Translations under genes and position numbers: made by a program | From: Octopus sinensis | Taxonomy: Eukaryota | Assembly (NCBI RefSeq): GCF_006345805.1 | Contig: NC_043005.1 | Coordinates: 52,948,001-53,012,000, forward strand | Length of the DNA: 64,000 bases | Reading direction: 5' to 3' | The notes under the pieces: model-generated | Seen by the model: the letters and a program-made list of their open reading frames with translations, nothing else | Database searches by the model: none | Told to the model about the DNA's origin: nothing | Part shown: one piece after another, positions 37,793 through 51,300 of the stretch | How positions within the stretch are numbered: the stretch's first letter is position 1 | How the letters are laid out: each line of letters begins with the position of its first letter

Positions 37793-38226
37793 AAACATAG
37801 GCGCATATAAATATATTTCACTCATAATGCATGGGTCGAACTGAAGCTACCATGTAGGGATCGAACCTGGGACGTCATTGCTTCAAAGTAAACTTCTTAA
37901 CCAATAGGCCGTGCCTTGTCATGAATCGCAGGTGAGATATGTGCATTTTTATGTATGTGCTTACAGGTAGAAGTATATAAAATATATATATATGTATATG
38001 TATGTGTGTGTATGCGTTTGCGTGTCTGCATTTGTCACCACCAACACCGCTTGACAACCGATGCTGGTGTGTTTACGTCCCCGCAACTTAGCGGTTCGGC
38101 AAAAGTGACCGATAGAATAAGTACTAGGCTTACAAAGAATAAGTCCTGGGGTTGATTTACTCGACTAAAGGCGGTGCTCCAGCATGGTCGCAGTCAAATG
38201 ACTGAAACAAGTAAAAGAGTAAAGAG
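37587..38226 (+). mobile_element. SINE-B split by the left arm of an inverted duplication
   Basis: Head at 37587-37752 and second module at about 38010-38226. Confidence 0.88.
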
Positions 38227-38461
38227 TATACAGATACCCACATATACATATTCTCAGACGCTCATAAATGTATTCTCTTTTCTCCACTCTCCTATTTTAT
38301 ATACTTCTACCTGTAAGCACATACATAAAAATGCACATATCTCACCTGCGATTCATGACAAGGCACGGCCTATTGGTTAAGAAGTTTACTTTGAAGCAAT
38401 GATGTCCCAGGTTCGATCCCTACATGGTAGCTTGGGTTCGACCCATGTATTATGTGTGAAA
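37816..38461. repeat. 169-bp inverted duplication (arms 37816-37984 and 38293-38461)
   Basis: 5 mismatches in 169 bp, inner 110 bp identical, 308-bp spacer. Confidence 0.95.
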
Positions 38462-38474
38462 TTTTGCTAGCTGA

Positions 38475-38515
<41 letters not shown>

Positions 38516-38519
38516 GTCT

Positions 38520-38875
38520 ATGGCTGTGTGGTAAGAAGTTTGCTTCTTAACCACATGGATCTGGGTTCAGTCCCACTGCATGGCACCTTGGGCAAGTGTC
38601 TTCTACTATAGCGTCGGGTCGACCAAAGCCTTGTGAGTTGATTTGGTAGACGGAAACTGAAAGAAATCAGTGTGTGTGTCTGTTTGTCCCCCCGCCATCG
38701 CTTGACAACCGATGCCGGTGTGTTCACGGCCTCGTTACTTAGCGGTTCGGTGAAAGTGACCGATATAATAAGTACTCGGCTTACAAAGAATAAGTCCTGG
38801 CGTCGATTTCTTCGACTAAGGCGGTGCTCCAGCATGGCTGCAGTGAAATGACTGAAACAAGTAAAAGAATAAGAA
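38520..38875 (+). mobile_element. SINE-B
   Basis: Both modules, very short internal tract. Confidence 0.9.
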
Positions 38876-39469
38876 CACAAATACATATATACACACTCAC
38901 ACATACATATATACATATATTTATATATATATATATATATAATATATAATATATATATATATGTTGTTCGCTATGCATTGTGGTCGATCCGAGCATTGCA
39001 TTAAGTGTACACATGTTTCTGAAGTACGCAGGGACTTACAGTAGAATTCAATGAGTTGGCACTTCAGTTAAAAAAAGTACTTGAATACTCACCATCGAAA
39101 ATGAATTTAAGAAACATTTGAAATGTTGATCTCTGTCTTCCGGAGAAATGTCATATTATTCAACATTATGCCATTATCAAAGGAACCGAACTTATTTCTG
39201 TTTGCTAACACATGGACAAATCCTACTCTATAACATCAGAATAAACTATGCTGATGCTTGATTTATGTGAAACTGCATCACATGTAATATAAACTACAAT
39301 TTGTCAATTACTTTGCTTGCAATTCGCACAAGCAGTTCCATTAATATTCAGAAATGAAAGTCAAAACGTCAACGATATATACTTTCTTTAATAATTTAAT
39401 TATGGCATGCAACATAACATGTAATGCTTCATGAAAATGTTAATACTCTCATTTGCAGTGCTTTCTTCA

Positions 39470-39810
39470 CATTCTTCCGTACTTTAGGTACAAAAAGTGG
39501 AATTTTGTGGCGAGGGGGCTAGTTGATTACATCGACCCCGATGCTCAACTGGTACTTTTTTTATATCACCGAAAGGATGAAAGACAAAGTCAACCTCGGT
39601 GGAATTTGAACTCAGAACGTAAAGACAGTCAATTTATGATAATAATGGCTTCACATTTTGGCACAGGCCAGAGATTTCAGGGGAGAGAGTAAGTCGATTA
39701 CACCGATCGTGGGGCGTGGGGCTCAACTTGTACTTATACTATCGATCCCGAAAAGATGAAAGGCAAAGTCAGCCTCGGCGGGATTTGAACTCAGAACCTA
39801 AAGACGGACA
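39470..39810 (-). mobile_element. Two tandem truncated SINE-A copies
   Basis: gaaaggatgaaagacaaagtcaacctcgg and gaaaagatgaaaggcaaagtcagcctcgg. Confidence 0.85.
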
Positions 39811-40486
39811 AGTTATCATAATAATAATAATGATAATAATAATAATAATAATAATAATGATGATGATGACGATGATGATGATGACGATGATGATGATGAC
39901 GATGATGATGATGATGATGATAATAATAAATGCAAAATGTGTTTGTCTTTATCTATTATATTATTTTTGGTATTTCTTTTGAATTCTTTTGTTTATCTCT
40001 CCTTCATTGTTGATGGTCGTGTTGATGTTTTTGTTTTACTATCAAATATAAATCAATTGTCCTTCTGTCAGATACCAAATAACTTTTATACCTTGTGATG
40101 TTTTCTGATTTTGATTTGCTTTTCTTTTTCTTCTTCGCTTATTATATTGTTCATATTCATGTGTTCTTTTTGTCTTTTGAAAAAGTCTATTTTTACTTAC
40201 AACTCAAGTAAACATTTTCCCCTATTCCAATACTTACCCCTTCCCCCCATCCCGTACTGTCTCTCTTCCTATCTCTCTGTATGTATATACGAACGAATTA
40301 TATATATATACATATATATATTGCTAAAATCCAAGTTCTGTCCATAAACGATTGTGCATGAAAACATTACAAGCGAATCTGTTCCCTAGAAGCCTCAAAA
40401 CAAGAATTTCATTTGATTATATATTAACACATTATATATATACGTGTGTGTATGTGTGTGTGTGTGTGTGAAAACATACACAAAGA

Positions 40487-40519
<33 letters not shown>

Positions 40520-40720
40520 TGGAGAGAGAGGGAAATGCCTTCTAGGGTGTGTGACAAGTTAAAAAGAAGTCATGTCCGGCCACTTAGAATAAACTACTCC
40601 AGTATAACTAATACCTAATTCAAAATCCTTAGTCCGACAAAATACATTCTGTTAACCCTATGAGCCGTAGGTGAAACAGAATTAGGACATCCGATTATGA
40701 ACGAACTATTTTTAGCAAAT

Positions 40721-41170
40721 ATGATGGCCGTCCACTCGTGACCGAGGAAGACCATTGCTGACCTTCAGGAACATTGTGCGTTCTAGGACTAACTTATATT
40801 TTGCACTGCGGCTCCGTTGGTGGTTAATGTACCCTGCTCTTGACAAGCATACACGACTGCAAACATTGCAAACCAAGCTTTCCCCATTCACTACACCAAC
40901 AGTGACGCTTTTGAGCAGCACACTTATGTTTTTCATGCAGAATACGTGCTCTCCTAAAGGTGCCAACCCCTCCTTAACCTGCTACCTCCATCTGTGGCGA
41001 TGACAAGCATTACTCTCCCAGTCGGTCTCCTGCACAGCACAGGCCTTTAATGAGGACTCTGCCGGGGTCTCTTTCCATTAACAAGTTCCCCATATAGCAT
41101 CTGCTTAGGGATCCTGCTATCCTTCATTCTAATAGTGTCCAGTTCAACGAAACCGGTGTTTGTGCACCAT
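40721..41170 (-). mobile_element. RTE-clade LINE 3' end
   Basis: LPKQMLYGELVNGKRPR, C-terminal zinc-finger-like CNVCSRVCLSRAGYINHQR, and 3' UTR atggtcttcctcggtcacgagtggacggccatcat. The element may extend to about 41520. Confidence 0.85.
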
Positions 41171-43448
41171 CGCCGCAATACTCAAGCAGCATATATCGAG
41201 CAGAGGTCAGCTATGCCTGTGCAAAGTTTTAGGTCCCATAAGGCTTGCACGACACCTCATAGACCCTCACCAATTTATTGACATTATCCAGAAACAAGCC
41301 AGAGGAAGATGTCTGGTGCTAATATGATTCGCAGGCTCAGGGTTGTGGGAGCGCCATGATTTGTAGCACAGACCAAAGATACCCAAAATATCCAATGCCA
41401 TCCCCTGCATATCTACTTTTATATCAGAGTGCGCTTCCCCTAGAGACGTGCTTCAACAGAAGCTGAGGTGTGTCTCACGCTAGTGGTCTTTCAGCACGCC
41501 GGACACCATCCCGGCATTTCTGCGTACCTGTGCGCAAAAATATATACGTATATACATATATACGCGTATACACATATAAGGTTATGTCTCGTTTGTAAAT
41601 ATATACCTGTATATATATATATTTGACATGGGCGATTCTTTCTTGTCTTGGGATTCACGGTCAAACGGCTGGGTGGAATTGCGCGAAAAATTACACAGAA
41701 GTGTAGAATGATCCAGTGGTGATACCGGGCTTTGTATTTTTTTCATAGCTCCTATGGTTACCGAATTAATCTACTATAAAAATACTCTTAAGTTTATGAA
41801 TGAGAAAGGAAGGGGTGATGTCATATTTGGTAGTGAGATGATGAAAATAGAACGCTGTTTGGTGGATAAGTCACAGCCTTAAAGGGTTTCGACTCCAATA
41901 CTTCTATATTTCAAAGTATTATTCTATCAATCTCTTTTGTCAAACCTCTAAATTACGGGGACGTAAACAAACAAACACTGGTTGTTAAGTGATTGGGTTG
42001 GGACACATTATACTATATATTGGTATTTATTTTGTTGTTTATTTTTTATTTTACCGTATATGTTTACGTTTTGTATTCTGATTGTCTGTACGTATTCTTA
42101 TAAAATTTTTATTTGTTTGTTTGTGTACTTCGTTCGTTTTCCGTCCTCGCGTTGTATACATTCGAAGCTTTCTTCAGGGGATCTAATGCGCTTGGCTTAG
42201 ATTTCCCGTGGCGGGCTGGCCATATCGGAGCAATCTCAAGATTAATCAAGCGAAATTGCTAAAGATGATCTGGTGTTTGACTGATGACTGAGGGCTTCGA
42301 ATGTCCCGTCTGTGGTTCTTGTGCGTCTCTGTGGCGTCATTTCTTGTCCATGTCTGAATTATTTGTTTTATTTATAACTATTTAACTATATATAATCATA
42401 TATATTTATAATTAATCAATATAGATTGATTAATTATGAATTTTATGGTTTAATCCGTAATGGAATCGGCGGCTTATATTTATATTGAGAGCCGATTAAA
42501 TTTGGCGCGAGTGCGATATGATTTGAAATTTTACACAGTAATATTGCCGAGGCAGGGAGGGAATGCCTCGTGAAAAATATCTGTTCCGACTTGGCTATTT
42601 CTTACTGATGAATCTAAGGGCCCTATGGTAGATGGGCTTGATTTAATTTAATCAGTTAGTTTACCATTAAACAGTAGATGAACGGTTGTGATCGTATAAG
42701 AAAGTTACAGGGTAAATGTTTTTAATTTTCTCCTGGTTAGATGCAATCCCGTTCACTAGAATACAGCTGTTTCGGGTATGAAGGACCGTGCACCCAAATC
42801 AGTCTTTTCAGGCTCTGACGAAGCTATAAATTGTAGTTATTAGTAAATGAATGTTGTTACGAAACTCGTATTCGTTTGACTTTATTTATTTGTTGGTTCA
42901 TATTATGTCGTATTATCATTATGTCCTAATAAAATTACATAATAATTTATCGCATTGTTCTTATGAGAAACTGGTGCGGAGAGCGTCATTGAATTCACAG
43001 CAACTCGCCACTGGAGGTTAGTACTAACACGCATTACTTGTAGAAATTTATTGACTTCCAACAGCTGGTTATTAGTGCTGCTTTATAACAAAGCGAAATC
43101 AAATGTATGTATGTACGTATTCATGCATGCGTGTGTTTGTGTATGTATGTAGGTATGTTTGTATGTATTTATGTATGAATGTACGAATGTATGGATGTAT
43201 CTATGTATTCATGCATGCGTGTGTGCGAATATATGTATGTATGTATGTATGTACGTATGTACGTATATATGCACGTGTGTATGTATCTATGTATTCATGC
43301 ATGTATTTATTTATATATCTATGGGTGGATGTATGAAGGATGTATGTATGTACGCATGCAGGTATGTATGTGTGTTGTATGTATGTATGTATGAATATAT
43401 GCATGTATGTTTGATGTATGTAAGTATATATTATGCATGCATATATAG

Positions 43449-43484
<36 letters not shown>

Positions 43485-43669
43485 ATGATAATCTTAGCTC
43501 TCCTACACGCATTTTTTTCTCTCCTTGTTTTTTTTCTGTGTATCTTCTGTCGAAGAGCGTAGACTCGAAACGTAAAAGACTTTTTCTATTCCTGAGCGCT
43601 ATACTAATACATTTGTTTGTTTGTACTCCACCTGCCTTCGTTTTTTGTTTATTTTCGTAAACTTTCCCT

Positions 43670-43712
<43 letters not shown>

Positions 43713-44849
43713 TGATATATATATATTAGGAAACATATACTATTTATAAAAATACATATACATCATCATCCACATTTAGTTGTACATATTGCGTGTATAA
43801 ATATATAAATGTACTCATCCAGGTATCTCTCTTTCTCTTTCACTCTTCTTTTATCTGTCTATCTATCTACACAAATATGCACACAAACAATATATATTTA
43901 TGCAAGTTACTATATTTATATATTTATACAAGTTATGGCTTAGTGGTTAGAGGTATTAGGCTCACGAGCGTTAGATCGTCAGTTCAATTCCAAGCGATGC
44001 GTCCTGTCCTTGATCAAGTCACAGCCTGCTCGTGACATTAATGTGCAAGTGGCTGAGCACTCCACAGACATGTCTACCCTTAACGTAGTTCGCGGGGAGA
44101 TTTAGCGTGACACAGAGTGTGAAAAGGATGGCCCTTTGAAAAACAGATACAGCTAATTTCTTCCAGCTGAATGCTCTGGAGCTACGTGAAATAAAGTGTG
44201 TTGATCAAGGACACAACGTGTCACTGGGAATCGAACTCACGTCCTTACAATCGTGAGACTGATACCTCTAATCACTAAGCCAATGCGCCTTCATACCCCC
44301 ACTAGCACAAACACTCACACGCACGCACACACACACACAGGTGCATATATATGTATGTATACGTTTGTGTATCTACACTCACATTCTGGTATACACATAA
44401 AAGCTTACACACATGCACACAGACACACAGAAATTCACACACATACACACATGAAACACACACCACACGCATGCACACGCACAGATACATAGAACGTTGG
44501 GGAAATTGCCCTTCGATAATGTACTTTTGCCTCTGAGCACCCGGATTTTCAATACTACCGAGCTTTAACGTTGCTTTAATCATATCATTCAAGTACCAGG
44601 ATCGATGTTATCGGTCCAAACACTTTCCCTACAAGTTTGCTGTCCTAGTGTCTGTATAAGAAACAACTATCGTTCTATTTCACCATCGTAAATAGCCTCT
44701 CTACTATAGCCACAAATTCTGGATCGGAGGGTCGACCTCGGCGTAATTTGAACTCAGAAAGTGAAGACAGATGCAAAGGCGCTGAGTATTTTATCCAGCG
44801 TGCTGGTGATTCTGCTATGTCACTGCCTTCAATACAGTAAATATGAATA

Positions 44850-45327
44850 GGCGTAGGAGTGGCTGTGTGGTAAGTAGCTTGCTTGCCAACCACATGGTTC
44901 CTGCTACAGTCCCACTGCGTGGCATCTTGGGCAAGTGTCTCCTACTATTGCCACGGGCCGACCAAAACTTTGTGAGTGGATTTCATAGATGGAAACTGAA
45001 AGAAGCACGTCGTGTATATATATATATATTATATAATATAGGTATGTATGGATTTTTATGTATGTATGTAAGTGTATGTTGTATTATGTATGTATGTATG
45101 TATGTATGTATGTGTGTGTGTGTGTGTGTGTGTATGTGTTTGTGTTCTGTGTGTGTCCCCACAACATCACTTGACAACCTTAGCGGTTCGGCAAAAAAAA
45201 AAACAAAAAAAAACGGATAGAATAAGTACTAGGCTTACAAAGAATAAGTCCTGGGGGTCGATTTGCTCGACTAAAGGCGGTGCTCCAGCATGGCCACAGT
45301 CAAATGACTAAAACAAGAAAAAAAGAG
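44850..45327 (+). mobile_element. SINE-B, full length
   Basis: Both modules, about 130-bp internal TA/TATG/TG tract. Confidence 0.93.
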
Positions 45328-45689
45328 ATTTTATGAAACGCCACTAATTTCACGAAAGAAGACATTTTGTAGCATTTGAAAATTATTCAATTATGGCGTC
45401 ATTTCTTGTTCTTTTTCTAAAGCGTAACAAATTAATGTGGGGCATGAAATGAGGTAATTTTCAATGAGAATGAAAATTTATATATATTTTTATTATGACG
45501 TCATAATCAGTTGATTTCTCTTATATATATACATTGTACGACTTTGCTTTCAACAGATGCCAACATCCGACTCCTAGATTGTCTCTGTAATTAATGTATC
45601 GTTGAAGTATTTCAACAATCATATTATAGGTAAGAATTTGATTCTACAACCCTAATTAATATTCTTATAATCTTATATATATCTAAACA

Positions 45690-46110
45690 GATATTAAATG
45701 AATGTGTTAACGGTTAAGTCAAATAAGCAAATACAATCATTCATCAACAGATGCTTGCGTAGTATACTTAAAATTAGATGGCCCGAACACATAAGCAATA
45801 TGGAGCTATGGCAAAGAACAAATGAAGTTTCGATTAGGGAGTAAATATTTAAGAAAAAGTGGAAGTGGATTGGTAGCACAATTAGAAAAGAAACACCAAA
45901 TGTAGCGAAAAGTGCTTTACAGTGGAAACCGGATGGATATAGAAGGAGAGGTAGCCCTAAGAACTCGTGGCGGAGATCAACACAAAAGGAACTAGAGAAA
46001 GGGGGACATTCATGGCAGAGTATAAGTACAGAAGCCAAAAATTTTGCGACATAGAATTCAACTATAAGTGGCCTATACTCTGCATTGGAGAGTTAAAGGC
46101 ATAAAGAAGA
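45690..46110 (+). mobile_element. RTE-clade LINE 3' fragment
   Basis: IQSFINRCLRSILKIRWPEHISNMELWQRT...KWKWIG..IRK...ALQWKPDGYRRRGSPKNSWRR; in-frame stops. Confidence 0.88.
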
Positions 46111-46512
46111 AGATATTAATGTGTTAATTATAGATAAAATAAGTCTATATTAATCTTGATAACTAACTGCACTCAGGAGATTGAACTTTCCGTCTGATAA
46201 TATAGAGAAGCACTTAATTCGAAAAGAAGAGGTTAGATTATGTGTGTGTGTGTGTGTGTGTGAATGTGTGTATCATATTTTACTTGCCAGTCAGTAGACT
46301 GCAGCCATGCCTTGAATAATTTTTCTATCTCTCCATACATACATAAATATGGGCAGGCATGGCTGTGTGACAAGAAGTTTGCTTACCAGCCACATGCTTC
46401 CGGATTCAATCCCACTGCATGACACCTTGGGCAGGTGTCTTCTACTGTGGCCTCGGGCCGACTAAAGTGGATGTGATAGACGGAAATTGAAAGAAGCCGT
46501 CGTACACACACA

Positions 46513-46559
<47 letters not shown>

Positions 46560-46602
46560 ACAAACACACACACATATATATGCATATATACATACATCTA
46601 TA

Positions 46603-46725
<123 letters not shown>

Positions 46726-46734
46726 GTGTATGTA

Positions 46735-47443
46735 GGCACAGGACGTCACTAAACGTTTACAACAAAAAAAAATAAAATACGAAGCACGAGTACAGCGAAC
46801 ATGAATTATTTTTTCAAACAACGAAAGACACAAATGGAAAACAAAACAAACAACATAAAGAACGACCCTTCATCAGTTGTTGGCTGTTTTTCTAGTCTCG
46901 TATTTCGAGCATTTAACAACAATATATGCTTTCGATAAAACAGTTGCTCCCGCAAAGCAAATTAAATAAAATTTGGGATTTTGCGGAGTGTCAAAATTGG
47001 TAATAGAAACAGGACAGTGAAAACAAACAGGAAGGGCTGTTAAGCTTAAACGAGGTTGTGGTGGCAAACGTGTAAATCAAGCTTGGACAGGAGACAAACA
47101 ATTACACGTCTTCCTTGTTCTAGCTACAACGGAGAGAAAGAAACACAAGTTAGGAGAAGAAAGAAAGATGGCTGATGGTGACGTGGGAGCCACGTGAACA
47201 AGGGAGGAGGAGTGAGGGAGAGGGAGTGATAGAGTTATAGGATAAAATAGTGGTAGGGGAGAAGGTAAAAGAATAAGAGAGAGAAAGAGAAAACCAAAGA
47301 GATAGTGCGCATCAGAAGTATTAAGACAAAACTTATTTGGAAGCGGATGCGTTGCGTTCAATCATATAATAATGTAAATAATTTATATATATATATATTT
47401 GCATATATACATACGTATATGTATATATATTTGCATATATATA

Positions 47444-47519
<76 letters not shown>

Positions 47520-47557
47520 ATGCAAATATATATATATATATGTACATACATACATCT

Positions 47558-47628
<71 letters not shown>

Positions 47629-48082
47629 TATGTGGGCACAGGACGTCACGAAACGAGTACAACCGAAGATACGAAGTACGCGTACATGAGACATGAACTA
47701 TTCTTTCGAACAACGAACGACACAAATTGAAAACAAAACAGACAACATAAAGAATAACCCTTCATCAGTCGTTGGCTGTTTTTCAAGTCTCGTATTTCGA
47801 GCAGTTAACAACAATATATGCTTTCGATAAAACCGTTTCTCCCGCAATTAGTAACACAAACAGAACAGTGAAAACAAACAGGAAAGGTTGCTAAGCCTAA
47901 ACGATGTTGTAGTGGCGACCGCGTAAATCAGACTTGGACATGAGACAAACAAGAACACATCTTCCTTGTTTCAGCTACAACAGAGAGAAAGAAACACAAG
48001 TTAAGAGAAGAAAGAAAGATGGCCGATGGTCCTGTGGGAGCCACCTGAGCAAGGGAGGAGTGCGGGAGAGAGAATGACAGAG
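46735..48082 (-). repeat. Tandem pair of an about 450-500-bp unclassified repeat (46735-47234 and 47635-48082), possibly Penelope-like ends
   Basis: Both copies begin ggcacaggacgtcac right after a TA/TG tract and align to ...gatagag/gacagag. Copy 2 lacks about 45 bp. Confidence 0.85.
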
Positions 48083-48427
48083 TATCATTCTTTCTTTCTT
48101 GCTTAGCACAGCACTGCTCTACGCTGTACTGCACTGCACTGCATTTCACATTACCAATTTCTGCCGTATGTATGGAGTATCAGACTGAAGCATGGTATAT
48201 ATATTTGACAGGCTCCCTAAAGGTATAGCTTTTAGAAATCTCTCCCACTCTGACACGCCTTCTAATTTATGTTTAGCAATAACCACCCTTATTTCGGGCT
48301 TAAGGGTTTACCATGATGCAAAGAGTTATTTACATCCGTAGGCAACAGAGCGGCTGGACCAACATGTTATAACTGTAACAAATCCGTAACGGCTGTGAAA
48401 ATCTACCCGTAATTAAATTCCTTAGAG

Positions 48428-48748
48428 CAGTGATTCACAAGTGGAGTTCCATGTAAGATTTCTGGGGGTCCGTACAAACAAAAGAGTAAATTGGTAACCC
48501 ACTTTAGTATATCAAGTATCCATGAAAAAAATTTTCTTTAAATGTATTTATTGCAAAAAAAAAACAGGTTTCTTTCTCAAACGTTTCACGTAGTTAACTC
48601 ACAGAAGTTGATGTGTGAAAAACAAAACAAGAACTTTGAAAGAAGTGTCTATAAAATAAGTTTTTAAACATCAAATGACTAAGGGGGTCCACCCGAATAG
48701 AATAGTAATCAAGAGGGTCTATAGATAAAAGTTGGTCGAGAACTTCTG
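48428..48748. mobile_element. hAT-like MITE
   Basis: Ends cagtgattcac / gagaacttctg; 8-bp flanks ccttagag and cctaaaag (6/8 match). Confidence 0.55.
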
Positions 48749-49144
48749 CCTAAAAGGAACTCTGAGGCGAAGAGAAATTATCATGTATTAAAACAATTTC
48801 CCCGTAGGACACAGATGATGTTTTGTCTCGTGAGTGATATTCCCGTTTGACTGTTTACTCTTTCTCCGAAATCTTCCTTAGGTCATAGAGTAAATACTTT
48901 TCTTTTTTTTTTTTTCAATTATAATTTTGAAAAACTAACTAAATAAATAATTACGATTGAAAATTCTGAAACACAAATGTTTACAAAATTTCATTCATAT
49001 GTTAGTAGAAAATAATGTAAACAGCAAGAACGTTTGTGTGAGTTTGTTTGTTTGTATGTATGTGTGTGTGTGTTTGTTTGTTTTTACGTATGTGTGTACT
49101 TGTTTGTTTGTGTGTGTCTGTGCGTTTGTGTATGTTAGATGTGC

Positions 49145-49355
<211 letters not shown>

Positions 49356-50130
49356 AATATAGACACTAACACATATTTCTTAATAACTGGCATAGGTCGT
49401 TCGAATCGCGCTTGTTGAAAGAATACTCCTATACGAGGGGTATAGTCTCTATTAACATAGTCTCTATCACAAGCTGCCTTATTTGCGCCATCGTTGAAAT
49501 CAACACTTTGAAATAAAATTTCCTGTTTGCACAGTTGTTTTCAACTCGACTATCATTAAATCGTTGTTTCCATCGGATCGAACAGGAGGAAATCGGGGCA
49601 CGCCAGCTCCGCGCTCTAAAATGGATGAAGGACCACTGACCAATCCAGTTTGCTGATTGCTTGATTTTATGCAGATTTCTTCCTCCAAATGGTTTATCTG
49701 CGCTTTTTGAGTACCTTAGAGTTCCGCTTGCCGTTCACTGTACAACCTCGTACTGGAAAATGAAAGAGAAGGATTGCCCTTGTCGTCCCCCAAACAGCCA
49801 CTATAATTTTGTGTCCATCTCCGGCGCTTGAACTTCTTAGATTTTTGAGAAGTGACATCAGTCTATGGAATAAGCTTTTGTCATCGGTTTATTGAGGTAG
49901 TACTGTTTCATCTCATGTCACCGATTACATGTTAGTGTACTGCCATCAATAATTCAACGCAGGAGAATTCACCACCATCAGTTCAACGAGAAGAAAGTTC
50001 ACCGCCAGGTAAGCTTACCGAGTAAATATCATATTATATTTCAAAAGTAACTAAATAAATAATTACGATTGATTATTCCGAAACACAAATGTTTACAAAA
50101 TTTCATTCATATGTGAGTAGAAAATATTGT

Positions 50131-50202
50131 GCCTCCTTCATAGATACTGCCTCCTTCATAGACACTGCCTCCTTCATAGACACTACGTTCCTCATAGATA
50201 CT
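50131..50202. repeat. 18-bp minisatellite, 4 copies
   Basis: gcctccttcatagaYact x3 plus one diverged copy. Confidence 0.93.
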
Positions 50203-50209
50203 CACTAAA

Positions 50210-50440
50210 AGGTCGGCGAGCTGGCAGAAACGTTAGCACGCCGGGCGAAATGCGTAGCCGTATTTCATCTGTCGTTACGTTTTGAGTTCAAATTCCGCCG
50301 AGGTCGACTTTCATCCTTTCGGAGTCGATAAATTAAGCACCAGTTACGCACTGGGGTCGATGTAATCGACTTAATACCTATGTCTGTCCTTGTTTGGCCC
50401 CTCTATGTTTAGCCCCTTGTGGGTAATAAAGAAATAGGTA
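50210..50440 (+). mobile_element. SINE-A, full length (long-tail subfamily)
   Basis: ggtcggcgagctggcagaaacg ... gccccttgtgggtaataaagaaataggtat. Confidence 0.95.
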
Positions 50441-51029
50441 TAAAAACAATCTCTTACCAATATCGAAATCAGTCAGCCACTCGGAGCTCTCACCAGGAGC
50501 ACTATATGAACCTAGAGATATTAACTGAGTTACATGTGTGAACCAAACCATAACGATTACTTCAATGTCGTGCTACATGTTGCTAGTCTGTATCACGTGA
50601 CATTATTCCATGTATAAACCACTAAAATAATGGAATTGTCTAGAATCTAAATTATTAGAAATGCTAGATACTTTCTGCGATAAAGGTAAACAATTAATCG
50701 TTTTAAACTACATACAAACCGGTACTCCGTCGGTTACGACGACGAGGGTTCCAGTTGATCCGATCGACAGAACAGACTGATTTAATAGTTAAAAAGTATT
50801 TTATTAACAAAAATAACAAAAAAATTTTTTAAAAAACGAGAGAAAAATTTAAGTTGAAAAATTATGTCAAAAAATTCGTACGGGTAACTTCCCCTGCGGT
50901 GAGTTGATGACGATGAACTTACCGGACATGGTGTCACCAGATCAGAGAGAAAATGTAGTTTTATTGGCATCAAACACTTCCAGTAAAACACAAGAAACTT
51001 CAAAGTTTCTTTCCTTCAAATTGGGTATC

Positions 51030-51300
51030 AACAGCTAATTGGGTATCAATTTGCACTCGAATTCCGATACTCGAAGTCTTCCATCTTCTGTAATGCACTG
51101 TGACCACGGTTCAGCCGTACAGCACGCTCATGGATTGTGACTCGTCTGTTCGTGCGAATCAACTCGTCAATAAGCTGGTGATTAGTGTCAGTGGTCGCAG
51201 CTGATGCTCTTCCACCGAGTTTTACGTCAACATTAGTCTCCCCTTCTTAAAACTTCTTTCTCTATGTGTGTACAATGCTTTTGACAATAGTGTTATATCA
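51030..51300 (-). mobile_element. Mariner transposase HTH-region fragment
   Basis: EGETNVDVKLGGRA...NHQLIDELIRTNRRVTI resembles the mariner D..RSGRP / I..NRR.T motifs. Confidence 0.7.

Noticed and set aside
42158-42185. CTGAAGA-aagcttc-GAAT as a hammerhead
   Set aside because: A15.1-U16.1 is inverted and helix I cannot form; better explained as one arm of a short inverted repeat.
46860-46885. CTGATGA on the minus strand in both tandem units as an intact hammerhead
   Set aside because: No helix II closing onto GAAA; the candidate helix III is preceded by TAAA in one copy and TACT in the other.
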